DNA from: a virus
Direction: 5' to 3' (one strand)
Length of the DNA: 45,814 nt
IMG/VR virus record: IMGVR_UViG_3300022562_000301
Location: 1 to 45,814 of that record
The notes beneath the pieces are model-generated. The model was not told the origin of the DNA. It did not search any database and was given only the letters and a program-made list of their open reading frames with translations. Position numbers and translations under genes: made by a program. This document shows positions 24,322 through 34,775 of the stretch, piece by piece (within the stretch, counting starts at the first letter, position 1; each line of letters begins with the position of its first letter).

Positions 24322-27300
24322 ATGAGCATATTTCCACAATCAGTAACTAAAGATAGTGGATATGCTTTGCCTCCAGTTAAACCTTCTTTGCTTTCTCAAG
24401 CTGGAACTGCAATATTTGATGTCTTAGATGCACCTGGAAATTTTACACGTTCACTATTAGCTGGTGATCCAGCTAATGCGGCAGCAGTATTGCTACCATT
24501 TTGGGAAGCTAGACGTGTCCCTGGAAGTGAAGTAACAGGACTATCAGATGATACTACAGCTGGGTTTTTTACAAATCTAGGTGTAGAATTTTTAGCCGAC
24601 CCTTTATTATTCGTTAATAGTATAGCTAAAACTCCTAAACTATTAAAAGAACTTAAGGCTATTGAAGAAATGTCTCAGAAGATACGTTCAGTTAGAGGCG
24701 TACTTTCAAAGACTGAAGCTGGTCGTAAAGGTTTACAGGAATTGGAAGAGGCTTTTGCTGCACGTAAAGCTGCCTTTAAAGCATTAAAGAATACTGGAAG
24801 AAAAGAATATGCCGCTGCTGAAAGAGCATTTGATGCAAAACGTAAAGTAATAGAAGGTAAAACTTTCTTAGAATCTCCTGCTGTAGTTTTAAAAAGTAAG
24901 AAAGTTTCTACACTAGGTGCTGATGAAACTTTACTGGAAGTTGTGCAACAAGGTACTTATAAACCTCTAGAAATAACTGGTATTACACAAGGTGATACTT
25001 TTGTTATACATACTATTTCTGGAGATAATTTAGCTATACGTGCTAGTGATGCGGCAGCACTAGAAAAAGATATTTTACAAAAGACTGGTACTACTAAACT
25101 AAAAAGAATTACCACTTTTAATGATCCTCATACTATAGAAGAAAAATTATTAATGAATACTGATGAATTTTTAGCTACTCCAATACCTATAGATGTAGCC
25201 AAAGATTTTAGTATAAAAAATTATGAAGGATTAAAAATAGTTTCTGATAATGTTCCATCAGCTTTAGAATTAGCTAAATTAAGGGATAGTTTAAATATAT
25301 ATAGAACTAGTCGTGATAAAACTCTTGTTACATTAGGTGTACCTTTTGGTCGCCGCTTTGGTATTGGTGAATTAGATATAGGTAAACTTCCTAATATACC
25401 ATTCTTAACTCCGGTGAGTACATTAAAGCATGAGCGATATATTGCTAATAAATTAAGGAAAGTAGAAAAGTTAGAGAAAGAATTAAAAGCAGGGCAAGGT
25501 TTAGATATAGTAGAAAGAACTAAAATTTCTGATGAAGCTAGGGTAAGAACTAGTATAATTAAAGAAGATACTTTAGAAGAAAGATTATCAGGACATGGAG
25601 ATACTTGGTATGAAGGATTAATATTTAATGAACATGGTTTACCACAAGGAAGATTTTCTAGAATTAGAGTATCTACTGAGATTAAAAATGGTAAAGAAAT
25701 AAAAGTTGGTACATTTAGCGATAAAAATACAGCTATTGTTATGCAAGGAGATGATAAGTATACTCAAAAATTCTTAGATGAAATTATACCTAAGATTAAG
25801 AAAGATTTAAATTTAGATGAATTACGTTGGGAACTAGATACTAATCTAAAACCTATAGGATTTAATGGAATTACTGGTGAACCAGAAGCTTTTTCTGGTT
25901 TACTTATTCCAGATATACCAGTTAGTGAAAGTGGTAAGGAACTTATTAATTTTAAAGCTGGACCTTTACATGGATGGGGACCTGGAACTAAATGGGTTAG
26001 ACCTAATATAGTTGAATTACCCAAACCTACTATGTCTAAAACATTAAGGACTGCTAAAGAAAGAAAACTAGAGGTTGCTAGAGAGAAGTTAAGATTATCA
26101 GAGAAGTATGCTGAGAAGTGGGATAAGGGAGTCTTAGGTCTTGAAGCATCGAGAGCAATTCGTGGTAATTCTTTAGTCCAAGGTGCTGAAAAGTTTTCTC
26201 GGTATTTTAGATTTGAAAGTAAAGATCCATTCATCAATGCTTTAAAAGAGACAACTAAGACTGAAATTAATAAAGCAATAGGTGAAGATATTTATGAAAC
26301 TAAGTTGAGAATGGATCAGTTAATAGATAAAATTAGTGAGTTAAGGAATGAGAGTAGGGTAGAAACTGAACGACGACTAGTAACTATGGGTGAAAATCCA
26401 TTACTACGTGGTGGTGCTACTCTTTCTCCTGATATAAAGTATGCACAAGAAGCTAATAAGATTCGAAAAGAAACTAAAGCAGCTATAGGTAAATTAGAGA
26501 AAGAAGCTAAAGGTATTTCACTAGAAGTAGAGCCTGAAAAATTTGCTGAATACGCTGCTAAGAAACAAGCTCTTATTGATAATGCTGCTGGCAAAATGCA
26601 TAAACTTAAAGAACAAATAGAACGAGCAAGGGTTGATAGAGTTGAATTTATAAAGCAAGTTGGTGGTAAACTTTTACCCGAAGAAGAATTATTCCTCAAT
26701 GACTATATTAAACCATTAGAAGATTGGGTACCTCTTGCTAAGAAACTAGGTGTTAAAGTAGATTTTCTGCAATCTTCTAAAGGTCTTACTAGATTCGTAC
26801 CTCGTCTATTGTCTAAGGAAGCTAAAGCACTAAAGGCTAGTAATGAAAGTAAATATGCTTTAGCTATTAATGAGTTAGGTGCGAGATTCTCTGGTAGTTT
26901 TAGGCGTGATTTATTTCCTGAATTATCTATTAATGCTGTTAATCAAAAATTACGAAAAGACTTAGGTATTGATTTTGATTTCTTCCGTACTGATATTGCT
27001 GATATATTACTTGAGCGTCGTGCAGAAATGCACAAGGTATTGAACAAAGCTGCTGCTATAAATGTTTTTGTCGATACGTATGGCACTACGAAGAAGGCTG
27101 CTGGTAAAGGTGCCTTTACTGCGGAACGATTATTCGGACGTTTTGGTCTCGATGGTTCTGTAGTTAATAAAGAAGCGTTAGGCAAAACAATATATCTTGC
27201 CAGGGATAAAGTAGATGATCTTGATAGAATCAAGACCTTCTTTGGCGAGCACATAGATCAAAAGTTTCTTAAGACTTTTTATAGTTTTACTAACTTAGTA

Positions 27301-28554
27301 AACTCACTATTCCAAGGTACCTTAACAACTTTATTCCCAGCTTACCATACAAGAAACTTTATTAATAATGTGGCTATGAATATGATTGCTGGTGTTAAAA
27401 GTGAATATTATATGGAAGCATTAAGGTTACAAAGACTAGCTGCACGTGGAGAATTAGTAGGTAAAGATTTTGAAATATGGAAGAAGTTAAATGAAGTAGG
27501 TGCTATTAAAGCTGGACAGTACGAAGATTATAAACGATTCTTGGAAAACGTTAGTGAAGGTAAACTCAAAGAGTGGATAACTAAATTTAACCAATCACTA
27601 GAACGACCAGTATCTTCCTGGATAACCCAACCTATTAGAAGATTATCCGGTAGAGCTACTAAAGAGTTTAGACGAGAACAAGTTAATCCTTTAGTTGGTC
27701 GAGCCTTTGGTAGATATGTCGAAGAAAATTCTAGAATAGCTCACTATCTCAGTAAAAGAGCAGAAGGACTAGCTGACTTTGAAGCTATGCGTTCAATGAA
27801 TAAATGGCTCTTTGACTATGATCAATTAACTGACGTTGAGAAACAACTCGTAAGACCACTATTCTTATTCTATACTTGGTCTCGTAAAAATATACCTTTA
27901 ATGATTAGAACTAGTATTACTAATCCAAGATTAGGCTCTATCTATACTAAAATAACAGGTATAGGTGAAGAAGAAGTTCCTCAATATTTGAATAGAGGCT
28001 TCGCATTCAAAGCTCCACCTATTATTGGAAAGAACCAGTATATTGGTTCCCTGGGCTTAGGTATAGAGGATTTAAATATATTCAATGTTAATGCGGCGAA
28101 TCCTTCAGGAAATTATTTCGGATCGGTAGATCAACTACAAAGAGTAGCTTTTAATATTGCACAACGACTATCACCTGTTGTTAAGATTCCGTTAGAACTT
28201 ACTATTGGCCGTGATGTGTTTACTGGTCGGCCATTGGCTGATAGGACTTTCACAGACTGGCTAAATAGGAATGCACCAACTTCTCGTTTCACTAATACTG
28301 CTAGTAAAATGTTTGATCCTAAGAATAGCTGGGCCTCTAGAGCTATTGACTTTACTACTGGTATTAGAACATATAATGTTGATCCGAATTCTCTGAAACG
28401 TGATATCGCACTACGTAGGGCTAGGGGGTCAGGTCTTTTTAGAGAGTATAGAGGTCTTACCTTAACTAATAAGTATAAGGAAGATCCTGAGGCTAGAAGA
28501 CTTCAGAAGGAACTTAATAAGATTTTGAAAGAGGTACGTAGTGGAGAAAAGTAG
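24322..28554 (+). CDS. giant internal virion / DNA-ejection protein (1410 aa; T7 gp16-like by size and position)
   Basis: Uninterrupted 4.2-kb ORF at the end of the structural arm. No catalytic motif recognised. Confidence 0.6.
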   Translation: MSIFPQSVTKDSGYALPPVKPSLLSQAGTAIFDVLDAPGNFTRSLLAGDPANAAAVLLPFWEARRVPGSEVTGLSDDTTAGFFTNLGVEFLADPLLFVNSIAKTPKLLKELKAIEEMSQKIRSVRGVLSKTEAGRKGLQELEEAFAARKAAFKALKNTGRKEYAAAERAFDAKRKVIEGKTFLESPAVVLKSKKVSTLGADETLLEVVQQGTYKPLEITGITQGDTFVIHTISGDNLAIRASDAAALEKDILQKTGTTKLKRITTFNDPHTIEEKLLMNTDEFLATPIPIDVAKDFSIKNYEGLKIVSDNVPSALELAKLRDSLNIYRTSRDKTLVTLGVPFGRRFGIGELDIGKLPNIPFLTPVSTLKHERYIANKLRKVEKLEKELKAGQGLDIVERTKISDEARVRTSIIKEDTLEERLSGHGDTWYEGLIFNEHGLPQGRFSRIRVSTEIKNGKEIKVGTFSDKNTAIVMQGDDKYTQKFLDEIIPKIKKDLNLDELRWELDTNLKPIGFNGITGEPEAFSGLLIPDIPVSESGKELINFKAGPLHGWGPGTKWVRPNIVELPKPTMSKTLRTAKERKLEVAREKLRLSEKYAEKWDKGVLGLEASRAIRGNSLVQGAEKFSRYFRFESKDPFINALKETTKTEINKAIGEDIYETKLRMDQLIDKISELRNESRVETERRLVTMGENPLLRGGATLSPDIKYAQEANKIRKETKAAIGKLEKEAKGISLEVEPEKFAEYAAKKQALIDNAAGKMHKLKEQIERARVDRVEFIKQVGGKLLPEEELFLNDYIKPLEDWVPLAKKLGVKVDFLQSSKGLTRFVPRLLSKEAKALKASNESKYALAINELGARFSGSFRRDLFPELSINAVNQKLRKDLGIDFDFFRTDIADILLERRAEMHKVLNKAAAINVFVDTYGTTKKAAGKGAFTAERLFGRFGLDGSVVNKEALGKTIYLARDKVDDLDRIKTFFGEHIDQKFLKTFYSFTNLVNSLFQGTLTTLFPAYHTRNFINNVAMNMIAGVKSEYYMEALRLQRLAARGELVGKDFEIWKKLNEVGAIKAGQYEDYKRFLENVSEGKLKEWITKFNQSLERPVSSWITQPIRRLSGRATKEFRREQVNPLVGRAFGRYVEENSRIAHYLSKRAEGLADFEAMRSMNKWLFDYDQLTDVEKQLVRPLFLFYTWSRKNIPLMIRTSITNPRLGSIYTKITGIGEEEVPQYLNRGFAFKAPPIIGKNQYIGSLGLGIEDLNIFNVNAANPSGNYFGSVDQLQRVAFNIAQRLSPVVKIPLELTIGRDVFTGRPLADRTFTDWLNRNAPTSRFTNTASKMFDPKNSWASRAIDFTTGIRTYNVDPNSLKRDIALRRARGSGLFREYRGLTLTNKYKEDPEARRLQKELNKILKEVRSGEK

Positions 28555-28801
28555 TAACGGTAAAACTGCATTAAGTGTATTGGTTGCATTAGTAGCCATA
28601 CTTGGTGGTGGAACTATTACTTATTTATTAGGTGTTACTAAATCTAATTCTGATTCAATACATATACATGAAATGAAAGCTAATCATGCTGTAGCTGAAG
28701 AAAAGATTAGAGGAATGGAAAAGGATATAGATCAAATTAAAATAAATACTTATAGAAATACTGAGCTACTTAATAAGATAGATAAGAAATTACCGAACTA
28801 G
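28541..28801 (+). CDS. type-II membrane protein with coiled-coil ectodomain (86 aa); i-spanin-like or holin-like
   Basis: N-terminal TM segment (ALSVLVALVAILGGGTITYLLGV) followed by a charged helical region. It is the last gene of the late arm, where T7-like phages carry lysis genes. Confidence 0.5.
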   Translation: MEKSSNGKTALSVLVALVAILGGGTITYLLGVTKSNSDSIHIHEMKANHAVAEEKIRGMEKDIDQIKINTYRNTELLNKIDKKLPN

Positions 28802-28820
28802 TAGGGCGTCCCTCCCTGGG

Positions 28821-28872
28821 GGCACTCCCTGGAATAGTAGCAGAGTATCGCTACTTCCTTCCAGGGAGTGCC
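28821..28872. terminator. Convergence-point hairpin: GGCACTCCCTGGAA ... TTCCAGGGAGTGCC (14-bp perfect arms) with inner stem AGTAGC/GCTACT, followed by TATTTTTA
   Basis: Read directly. Lies between the ends of the two convergent arms (28801 and 28878). Confidence 0.8.
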
Positions 28873-28877
28873 TATTT

Positions 28878-31418
28878 TTATATTACTTCGATCCCTATAA
28901 TTCTAATGTCACCGCACTTCTTTTCTTTAGTAATACCTGCTGCATCTAATTCTTTAGAGAACTTACGATTTGTCCAATTAACAGAATCACTAGGACCAAT
29001 CCAATTGAGAAAATACTCGTATAGATCACGCAGAAGAATATGTGCTTCGGGATTATATTTCGTCTTTTCTTCCAGAAATACTTCAACATCAGACCTACTC
29101 CGTTGCATCTGAATTTGCTTAGCTTTAGTATCTAATACTGGAATTCTTAGTCTCCCTTGTGCATCTGGTAATTGATAATTAATTAATGTATTTATGAATT
29201 TAGATGCTTCTCTTTCGCAGGACTCAAGAAGAAGCGTTTTAGGGATTTCCTCAGCGAGGGCTTCAACTTCAACAAGTACAATACGGGTATCTCCGGAGAA
29301 CACGGGACAATGTCTGGAGTCATTCGTACACTGTACCCAATGGGTGTGATTAGGTATATCGTATGGTTGTTTATGTTTAGCGTGAATACTGATGGTTCTT
29401 CCTGTGACCCAATCTTTAATTCTATCCGCTGCGAATCCTTTCTTAGAAAGATTAGTCTCCTCAACCACACAAAGAATTGCATTAGCTAATTCTCCATTGA
29501 ATCCCGAAGGACTAGTGAGTGCATTGTCAGCTCTAATATATCCTGATGTAAGTAATAAGGATATTGATTCATGGAAGATAGACTTTCCGCAGTTTTGCGG
29601 CCCAGTAAAAGTTATATATGGTAGTGGTTCTGTAGGGTACTGAATAAAACTTGCTAACCATGCAAGTAAGTAATGATATCCAGAGTAGATATTGAATTCA
29701 TCTGCCCAGTCACTAGCTTCGATTGCATCATTTAATCCTTTACCTAAATGTGTTAAGATTTTATCCCAGTTATCATGACGGCCTTTTTCAGGATTGAATC
29801 GTAGTTGGGGTGCTCCTTTGTTCCACTTTCTGTTACCAGTATATTCCGGTGAAAAGGGATAAGATACAAGTTCCCAGGCGTACAAGATGCACTTACCAAA
29901 AATTTGATCGCACTGTTGCCTTTTATACCCTTGAGATAATAACACACTTGTCGCATTGCTTTTATTCTCTGCTACCCATTGGTTATTATTACCTAAAATA
30001 TACCAACCTACTTCAGCACCACCAGCAGTTACATGTCTAATTAAATTGTCTGGTATTTCTACTTCATCAACTACGTTAGGTTTAAAGAATGCCTTTTGCC
30101 ATTTATTCTTTTTCTTTGCCCAAGTTATTTCTTCATCGTTATCTTCACGATCAAATTCAATAACTATTCTTCCATCTTGAGTTTGTTTAAGGGTACAAGG
30201 TCTATTACCATAACCAGCAGGTTTTTCACAATCAATACCCATTGTCCTTAGAACTTTAATACCTTCTTCTAAAGTTCTAAAAGTATAGTCTTTTTCTCCT
30301 TCAACTCCGCCCATCTGCTTACTAGCTGTTCTAAGAGTTGGTAGTTTATTAAAGTAGCAGGTCGTCCACCCACTAGAGTCGATAAACCAACTTGTATGCT
30401 CTGCGGTCCCTCTTGTATGGCGACGGACAATCCATCCTCCATTTGGTTCAGGAAAACAATAGCAGTTCTGGTCATTACCTTGATCCTTTCCTTCACTTAT
30501 TGTATCAAAGAAACCTTTAAAAGATAATTGTCGATGTGCTTGTTTAAGGTTATAAGTATGACATACAAGCATACTCTTTTCTGGTACCCAATACCATAGA
30601 CTATTACTACTCTCGAACCATCTAAGTAAAGCTAGATGCTCATCATCTAGTTCAATATGAGGATGGGCAGCAGCTATTAAGTCTTGATCGGTAACTTGTT
30701 TAGGAGTTAATTTTCTACGACTAACTACTTCAAGAAAGTCTTTCCAGTTATCAGGAACTTTATCTAATGTATGTCCATACTTTATGAGTTTATAGCTTTG
30801 TCCAGGAATGGCTTTAGTGTGATATATCCATATATTACCCCCAAGAGTATCGACTCTAGCAGATAATTCCAATCCAGATAAGGCTGAGAGTTTGTTAAGT
30901 ATAGCTCTAGCGACTGCTGCATGCTCACTATGGTTCTTAACAGTAGGACTGTTATTGAGAAAAACATAAATATGCAAACCAACTCCACTAGTAGAACTAT
31001 AGATTGAGGTAAAGGGAATAGCAGAGAGTTTATCACGTATCTCATTAAGTTCATCTTGTGTTAATCCTTCCCTATGTCCAATTAAGGAATCAAAGTCAAA
31101 GGCTACCCATCTACTGACTTTGTGTTCCCAATCCCACCCTGTCATACCAATAGCTTCAACATATTTGTCAAGCGGAAAATTCATAGGTCTATCGGTATAA
31201 CGTGGTTCGTCTTTAGCATTCCAAGGTATTCTAAAACTTTTCCATGTTACTATACCATCGGTATAACCCTGCCAGGATTTACCACTGGTAGTTCCTTTAA
31301 CTACTTCACCATCTCCTTTTGCTACATTAACTTGTACTTCCATAGATGGAGTATACAATTTACCTATAGCAAAAGGTTGGTCAAGTAGAAATTTACGAAT
31401 AGCTTCCGTTCTTAACAT
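28878..31418 (-). CDS. bifunctional primase-polymerase (AEP) / SF3 (D5-like) helicase
   Basis: VAFDFDS and SGVGLHIYVF are prim-pol catalytic motifs. Walker A GPQNCGKS and Walker B LCVVEE. 846 aa. Confidence 0.85.
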   Translation of the reverse strand: MLRTEAIRKFLLDQPFAIGKLYTPSMEVQVNVAKGDGEVVKGTTSGKSWQGYTDGIVTWKSFRIPWNAKDEPRYTDRPMNFPLDKYVEAIGMTGWDWEHKVSRWVAFDFDSLIGHREGLTQDELNEIRDKLSAIPFTSIYSSTSGVGLHIYVFLNNSPTVKNHSEHAAVARAILNKLSALSGLELSARVDTLGGNIWIYHTKAIPGQSYKLIKYGHTLDKVPDNWKDFLEVVSRRKLTPKQVTDQDLIAAAHPHIELDDEHLALLRWFESSNSLWYWVPEKSMLVCHTYNLKQAHRQLSFKGFFDTISEGKDQGNDQNCYCFPEPNGGWIVRRHTRGTAEHTSWFIDSSGWTTCYFNKLPTLRTASKQMGGVEGEKDYTFRTLEEGIKVLRTMGIDCEKPAGYGNRPCTLKQTQDGRIVIEFDREDNDEEITWAKKKNKWQKAFFKPNVVDEVEIPDNLIRHVTAGGAEVGWYILGNNNQWVAENKSNATSVLLSQGYKRQQCDQIFGKCILYAWELVSYPFSPEYTGNRKWNKGAPQLRFNPEKGRHDNWDKILTHLGKGLNDAIEASDWADEFNIYSGYHYLLAWLASFIQYPTEPLPYITFTGPQNCGKSIFHESISLLLTSGYIRADNALTSPSGFNGELANAILCVVEETNLSKKGFAADRIKDWVTGRTISIHAKHKQPYDIPNHTHWVQCTNDSRHCPVFSGDTRIVLVEVEALAEEIPKTLLLESCEREASKFINTLINYQLPDAQGRLRIPVLDTKAKQIQMQRSRSDVEVFLEEKTKYNPEAHILLRDLYEYFLNWIGPSDSVNWTNRKFSKELDAAGITKEKKCGDIRIIGIEVI

Positions 31419-31559
31419 ACTTACCTTTACTTATTAGTGCGTAAACAATTCTTACAAGTTACTTTATCCCATTCTTTATGAACTCTAAGTATGTCATAAA
31501 CAGTATCTGCTATAAAACCACACATAGATTCTCTATAAGTTCTTGTATTAACTTTTAAT

Positions 31560-31805
31560 TTATGGATTACTGGTATCTTTAAATATATCTTTCTTTTCAT
31601 TCAGTTCCTCCAGGGCGGCACGGGCCTCGTCGCACCATCGATCAACTGTGCTGAACCACTTGGCTGCCGCACCGACTCCAACCTTAGAATGTAGGGCATT
31701 GATTAGGCCGACTGTTTTCTCCGCCACCTTCCGCAGCCGCTCCAACTCGTCCCACGCCCATTGATTGCATGCCGTACATCTACAATTATTGTGTGGTGGT
31801 TTCAT
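31560..31805 (-). CDS. hypothetical protein (81 aa), GC-richer than its neighbours
   Basis: ORF in the co-oriented array. Confidence 0.55.
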   Translation of the reverse strand: MKPPHNNCRCTACNQWAWDELERLRKVAEKTVGLINALHSKVGVGAAAKWFSTVDRWCDEARAALEELNEKKDIFKDTSNP

Positions 31806-31821
31806 TAGATTTTTTCAACTC

Positions 31822-32001
31822 CTAGTCCGGTGGTCTTGGACAAGGAATCAATGGATCAGGACATGGTGGATCAGGAAGCGGTGCATAATCCATAATACCT
31901 GTCCTATATCCTGCTATTTTACTAGAGATATATTTATCTAGTAAACAACCACTTAATACTGGAACACCTACCAGTACTAGCAATACCAATATTTTTCTCA
32001 T
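31822..32001 (-). CDS. small proline-rich lipoprotein (59 aa), Rz1/o-spanin-like; not in the ORF track
   Basis: The minus strand reads MRKILVLLVLVGVPVLSGCLLDKYISSKIAGYRTGIMDYAPLPDPPCPDPLIPCPRPPD. It has a signal peptide, the lipobox LSG|C and a Pro/Cys-rich tail. Its ATG overlaps the mazG stop as ATGA. Confidence 0.6.
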   Translation of the reverse strand: MRKILVLLVLVGVPVLSGCLLDKYISSKIAGYRTGIMDYAPLPDPPCPDPLIPCPRPPD

Positions 32002-32372
32002 AAGCTGTGCCTATTCCCAAAAATAATACCATTAATATCTGGAGGTTTGTAGCTTCTACCTTTAACTACTTTACCATCCAGACGTTTAGCAGCCACTGGT
32101 TTTGTCATATTACTTTTATGTATCTCCTTAAATACTTCCTCTAAAGGAATACCGTAAACTATAGCTGCTCCAAATATTACATAAAGTAAATCTCCTAATG
32201 CATCAGCAATAGCTATAAGATCATTGTCTCGTTCAGCTATTAAATATTCTCTGTATTCTTCTTCTATTAAAACTTTTCTTAATTCTCTTAACTCCTTAAT
32301 TTGTGGTAGTCCAGGATACTTAGCAATATATTGCTTATGCTTTTCCATAAACTCTTTAACTAATTCTTGCAT
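31998..32372 (-). CDS. mazG: MazG-like nucleoside triphosphate pyrophosphohydrolase
   Basis: The EEEYREYL ... ADALGDLLYV pattern matches the all-alpha NTP-PPase (MazG) metal-binding helices. Confidence 0.8.
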   Translation of the reverse strand: MQELVKEFMEKHKQYIAKYPGLPQIKELRELRKVLIEEEYREYLIAERDNDLIAIADALGDLLYVIFGAAIVYGIPLEEVFKEIHKSNMTKPVAAKRLDGKVVKGRSYKPPDINGIIFGNRHSL

Positions 32373-33169
32373 TACTTTACGTCTCTACCATTATATCCTT
32401 TAGCGAATGCTTCCCAACACTCGTACCAATTAGGAATCTTATCGTAGTGCAAACCTGGATAAAGAATTACTCCATTAACTCTGGACAATGAATGCATAGT
32501 TTGAGCGAGTAAACCACCAGCAGCACCAGCTAATGCAGGGGTAATAGTTTCCCAAGGAGTATCATCTTTGTAGTATTTATTAAACCAACCTACCCAAGCA
32601 TACAAAGGATTATTAACAGGATCACCAGCAGCATGACACATCTCTTGTGTTTTATCTATAACTTGATAGGGGTTATACAGATTATAAAGTTGATAGGTTT
32701 CTCCATCTCTAGGTGCAAGGTATAATCTAAGAGCTGTCCAGTCAAGAGACCTATACCATATGATAGGAATATTGGGGAAATTAACTTTAGTAACATTGTA
32801 GATTAATGAATAAAAGATTCCTAAAGTATAATCGTCAAGGTCACTAGTCCCCATATTTTCACAGTCTAAGATAAAAATATCAATACGTCCCTTAGGAATA
32901 TTATCAGAGATTACTTTCAATCTTTCCATATAGGCAAAGACTTCTGACATATAGTCACCAGTTTTAGTTAAATGAAATGGTGATAAGTTAATACAGAATT
33001 TTCCATGGTAGTCAATCTTAATTCTATCAATATGATCCTTATTAATACGATTACCATCAAGACCTAAAGTGCCACAAAACTTTGCAGCAATATAAATTTG
33101 ATTCATAACTGTAGCATCATCACCTTCGATATGCTTCAGTTGAAAACCCCACTGATAAATAGGCTTCAT
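32372..33169 (-). CDS. hypothetical protein (265 aa)
   Basis: Start moved to ATG 33169, which has GGAG 7 nt upstream. The ORF-track start at 33229 is a TTG with no RBS and overlaps the upstream gene. Confidence 0.6.
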   Translation of the reverse strand: MKPIYQWGFQLKHIEGDDATVMNQIYIAAKFCGTLGLDGNRINKDHIDRIKIDYHGKFCINLSPFHLTKTGDYMSEVFAYMERLKVISDNIPKGRIDIFILDCENMGTSDLDDYTLGIFYSLIYNVTKVNFPNIPIIWYRSLDWTALRLYLAPRDGETYQLYNLYNPYQVIDKTQEMCHAAGDPVNNPLYAWVGWFNKYYKDDTPWETITPALAGAAGGLLAQTMHSLSRVNGVILYPGLHYDKIPNWYECWEAFAKGYNGRDVK

Positions 33170-33191
33170 ACTAGACTCCACACACAGTGTG

Positions 33192-34115
33192 TTATTGTGT
33201 AAATAATACCCTATACTCAGGGTCCCCAAGAGTTCTCATATACTCATTACAATGCTGGCATACTGCACATATACTACCATACTTTTCACAGCGATAGGTA
33301 TTAGGTTGAGGTTCTTCTATTTCACAATCTAGTCTACTGATATTATCCCACATAACATGTAGTTTGTTATAGATAGTTTCTTCAAAGACTTCTGTAATAA
33401 AACCTTTATGTTCTACGAAATGCCAATCATTACCATCCCAAGTAATTTCATGTATAATGTATCTTCTATCTTCATCACTAACTCTTACCTTTCCACTAAG
33501 AAGCCAGTTATACCACAACATTTGTAGTGCCCAGTCATAGTTTGCAGTCTCTAAATTATTAGGAAATATATGATCAGAATGCGGCTTTTTAAAATTACCC
33601 CTTGAATCCATTCGTTTACCATAACCTTTAGTTGGGCTAGCTTTACTATTAAATCCTCTAAGTTTCCAATCAAAGGGAATAAGTGATACAGCAGCATCCA
33701 GTACTCCTAGAATAGGGATATTATGTCTACCAATAATACCATATAATTCTCTATCTAACATTATCTTAGTATGATTGAGAAATTCTCTATACATTTTATG
33801 TTTAATATATCCATAAGATACTTCACCTGCTACTTCGAATACTTCACTAGGATTAACACCCTCTTCCCAGATAATAAATTTAGTTAAGTTTTCTAGGGTT
33901 AATCTATCATCATTAACTCCTAGTTCTTTATTAAGGTGGTCTTTAATAATTGCATCAAAGATAATACCTATACCTGCTGCTCTATTAGTAGCTCTTTGTA
34001 CCATAGTATGACCAGCAAGATAGAAATGGTAAAAGGAATTCTGGCAATTCTCCCATACTTTAAAAGCACTAGGACTAATATAAGTACGAGGCTTAATCAC
34101 TGGAAGTGTTAACAC
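33192..34115 (-). CDS. PD-(D/E)XK exonuclease, Cas4/RecB-like, with Cys cluster
   Basis: N-terminal Cys (WENCQ) plus C-terminal CEKYGSICAVCQHC resemble the Cas4/AddB Fe-S cluster. LDAA...IPFDWK is nuclease-core-like. GGAGG RBS and GTG start. Confidence 0.65.
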   Translation of the reverse strand: MLTLPVIKPRTYISPSAFKVWENCQNSFYHFYLAGHTMVQRATNRAAGIGIIFDAIIKDHLNKELGVNDDRLTLENLTKFIIWEEGVNPSEVFEVAGEVSYGYIKHKMYREFLNHTKIMLDRELYGIIGRHNIPILGVLDAAVSLIPFDWKLRGFNSKASPTKGYGKRMDSRGNFKKPHSDHIFPNNLETANYDWALQMLWYNWLLSGKVRVSDEDRRYIIHEITWDGNDWHFVEHKGFITEVFEETIYNKLHVMWDNISRLDCEIEEPQPNTYRCEKYGSICAVCQHCNEYMRTLGDPEYRVLFTQ

Positions 34116-34413
34116 TAGTAACCTCCACTAGTATTGTTTCATTACATCTATCACAAGCAAAGTAATGTCCATTAATATCTATTGCAGTTATTTCTGTATA
34201 TTTAGCTGGTTTAAGTTTTTCATATTGTCTAACAAATACGTTACGCGGTATTACAGAAGCAGTACCTTTAATATAGGAATCACTGTTAATGTATATACCA
34301 CTTGCAATAAATACTAGTCTATTGTCTATAGATAGTATATAACCCTGATCTATATATTCAGAATCAGCTAACAAGCCTACTGTATTTTTAGTCCACAGTT
34401 CTCCTACTTTCAT
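34093..34413 (-). CDS. hypothetical protein (106 aa)
   Basis: Packed array. Confidence 0.6.
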   Translation of the reverse strand: MKVGELWTKNTVGLLADSEYIDQGYILSIDNRLVFIASGIYINSDSYIKGTASVIPRNVFVRQYEKLKPAKYTEITAIDINGHYFACDRCNETILVEVTSVNTSSD

Positions 34414-34421
34414 AATACTCT

Positions 34422-34775
34422 CTATAATACTCTCTTTGGCATTTTAATGAACATTCCCCAGTTATCCTGCTCTTTAAATATTACAGGATAATCCCGTTCA
34501 TCTCGCAATACGAATACTTTATCCCCTGCTTTATTAAGATCAGTAAATCTTTTTATTTGTGATTGTCTTATTTCTCCACCGGGCTTCTTCATCTCTATCC
34601 AACGGTGGCCATAGGCTTTGTGAAAACAGTAATAGTCTGGCCAACCTACAGTAAATTTACCACCACCTAATTTCATACAAGTCCAACCACGGGCACGCAT
34701 ATAGATCATAAGTCTATTAGCACCACGTTGTTCTGGACCCGTCCTCACTGTTCGTTTAGGTTTTCTATATATCAC
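34422..34775 (-). CDS. VRR-NUC domain nuclease
   Basis: GWPDYYCF...RWIEMKKPGGEIRQSQ matches the VRR-NUC PD...(E/D)xK...Q signature. Confidence 0.75.
   Translation of the reverse strand: MIYRKPKRTVRTGPEQRGANRLMIYMRARGWTCMKLGGGKFTVGWPDYYCFHKAYGHRWIEMKKPGGEIRQSQIKRFTDLNKAGDKVFVLRDERDYPVIFKEQDNWGMFIKMPKRVL

Noticed and set aside
25764-27254. Minus-strand ORFs (25764..26237, 26316..26699, 26943..27254) inside the 1410-aa gene
   Set aside because: They are antisense to a long uninterrupted ORF, Ser/Leu-rich and without RBS. The same applies to the short alternative-frame ORFs inside the polymerase (36271-37510), the primase (28906-31388) and the other large genes.
31427-31525. 32-aa minus-strand micro-ORF (MCGFIADTVYDILRVHKEWDKVTCKNCLRTNK) just upstream of the primase gene
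   Set aside because: It is plausible as another tiny CxxC protein, but it has only a weak RBS and is too short to support from sequence alone.
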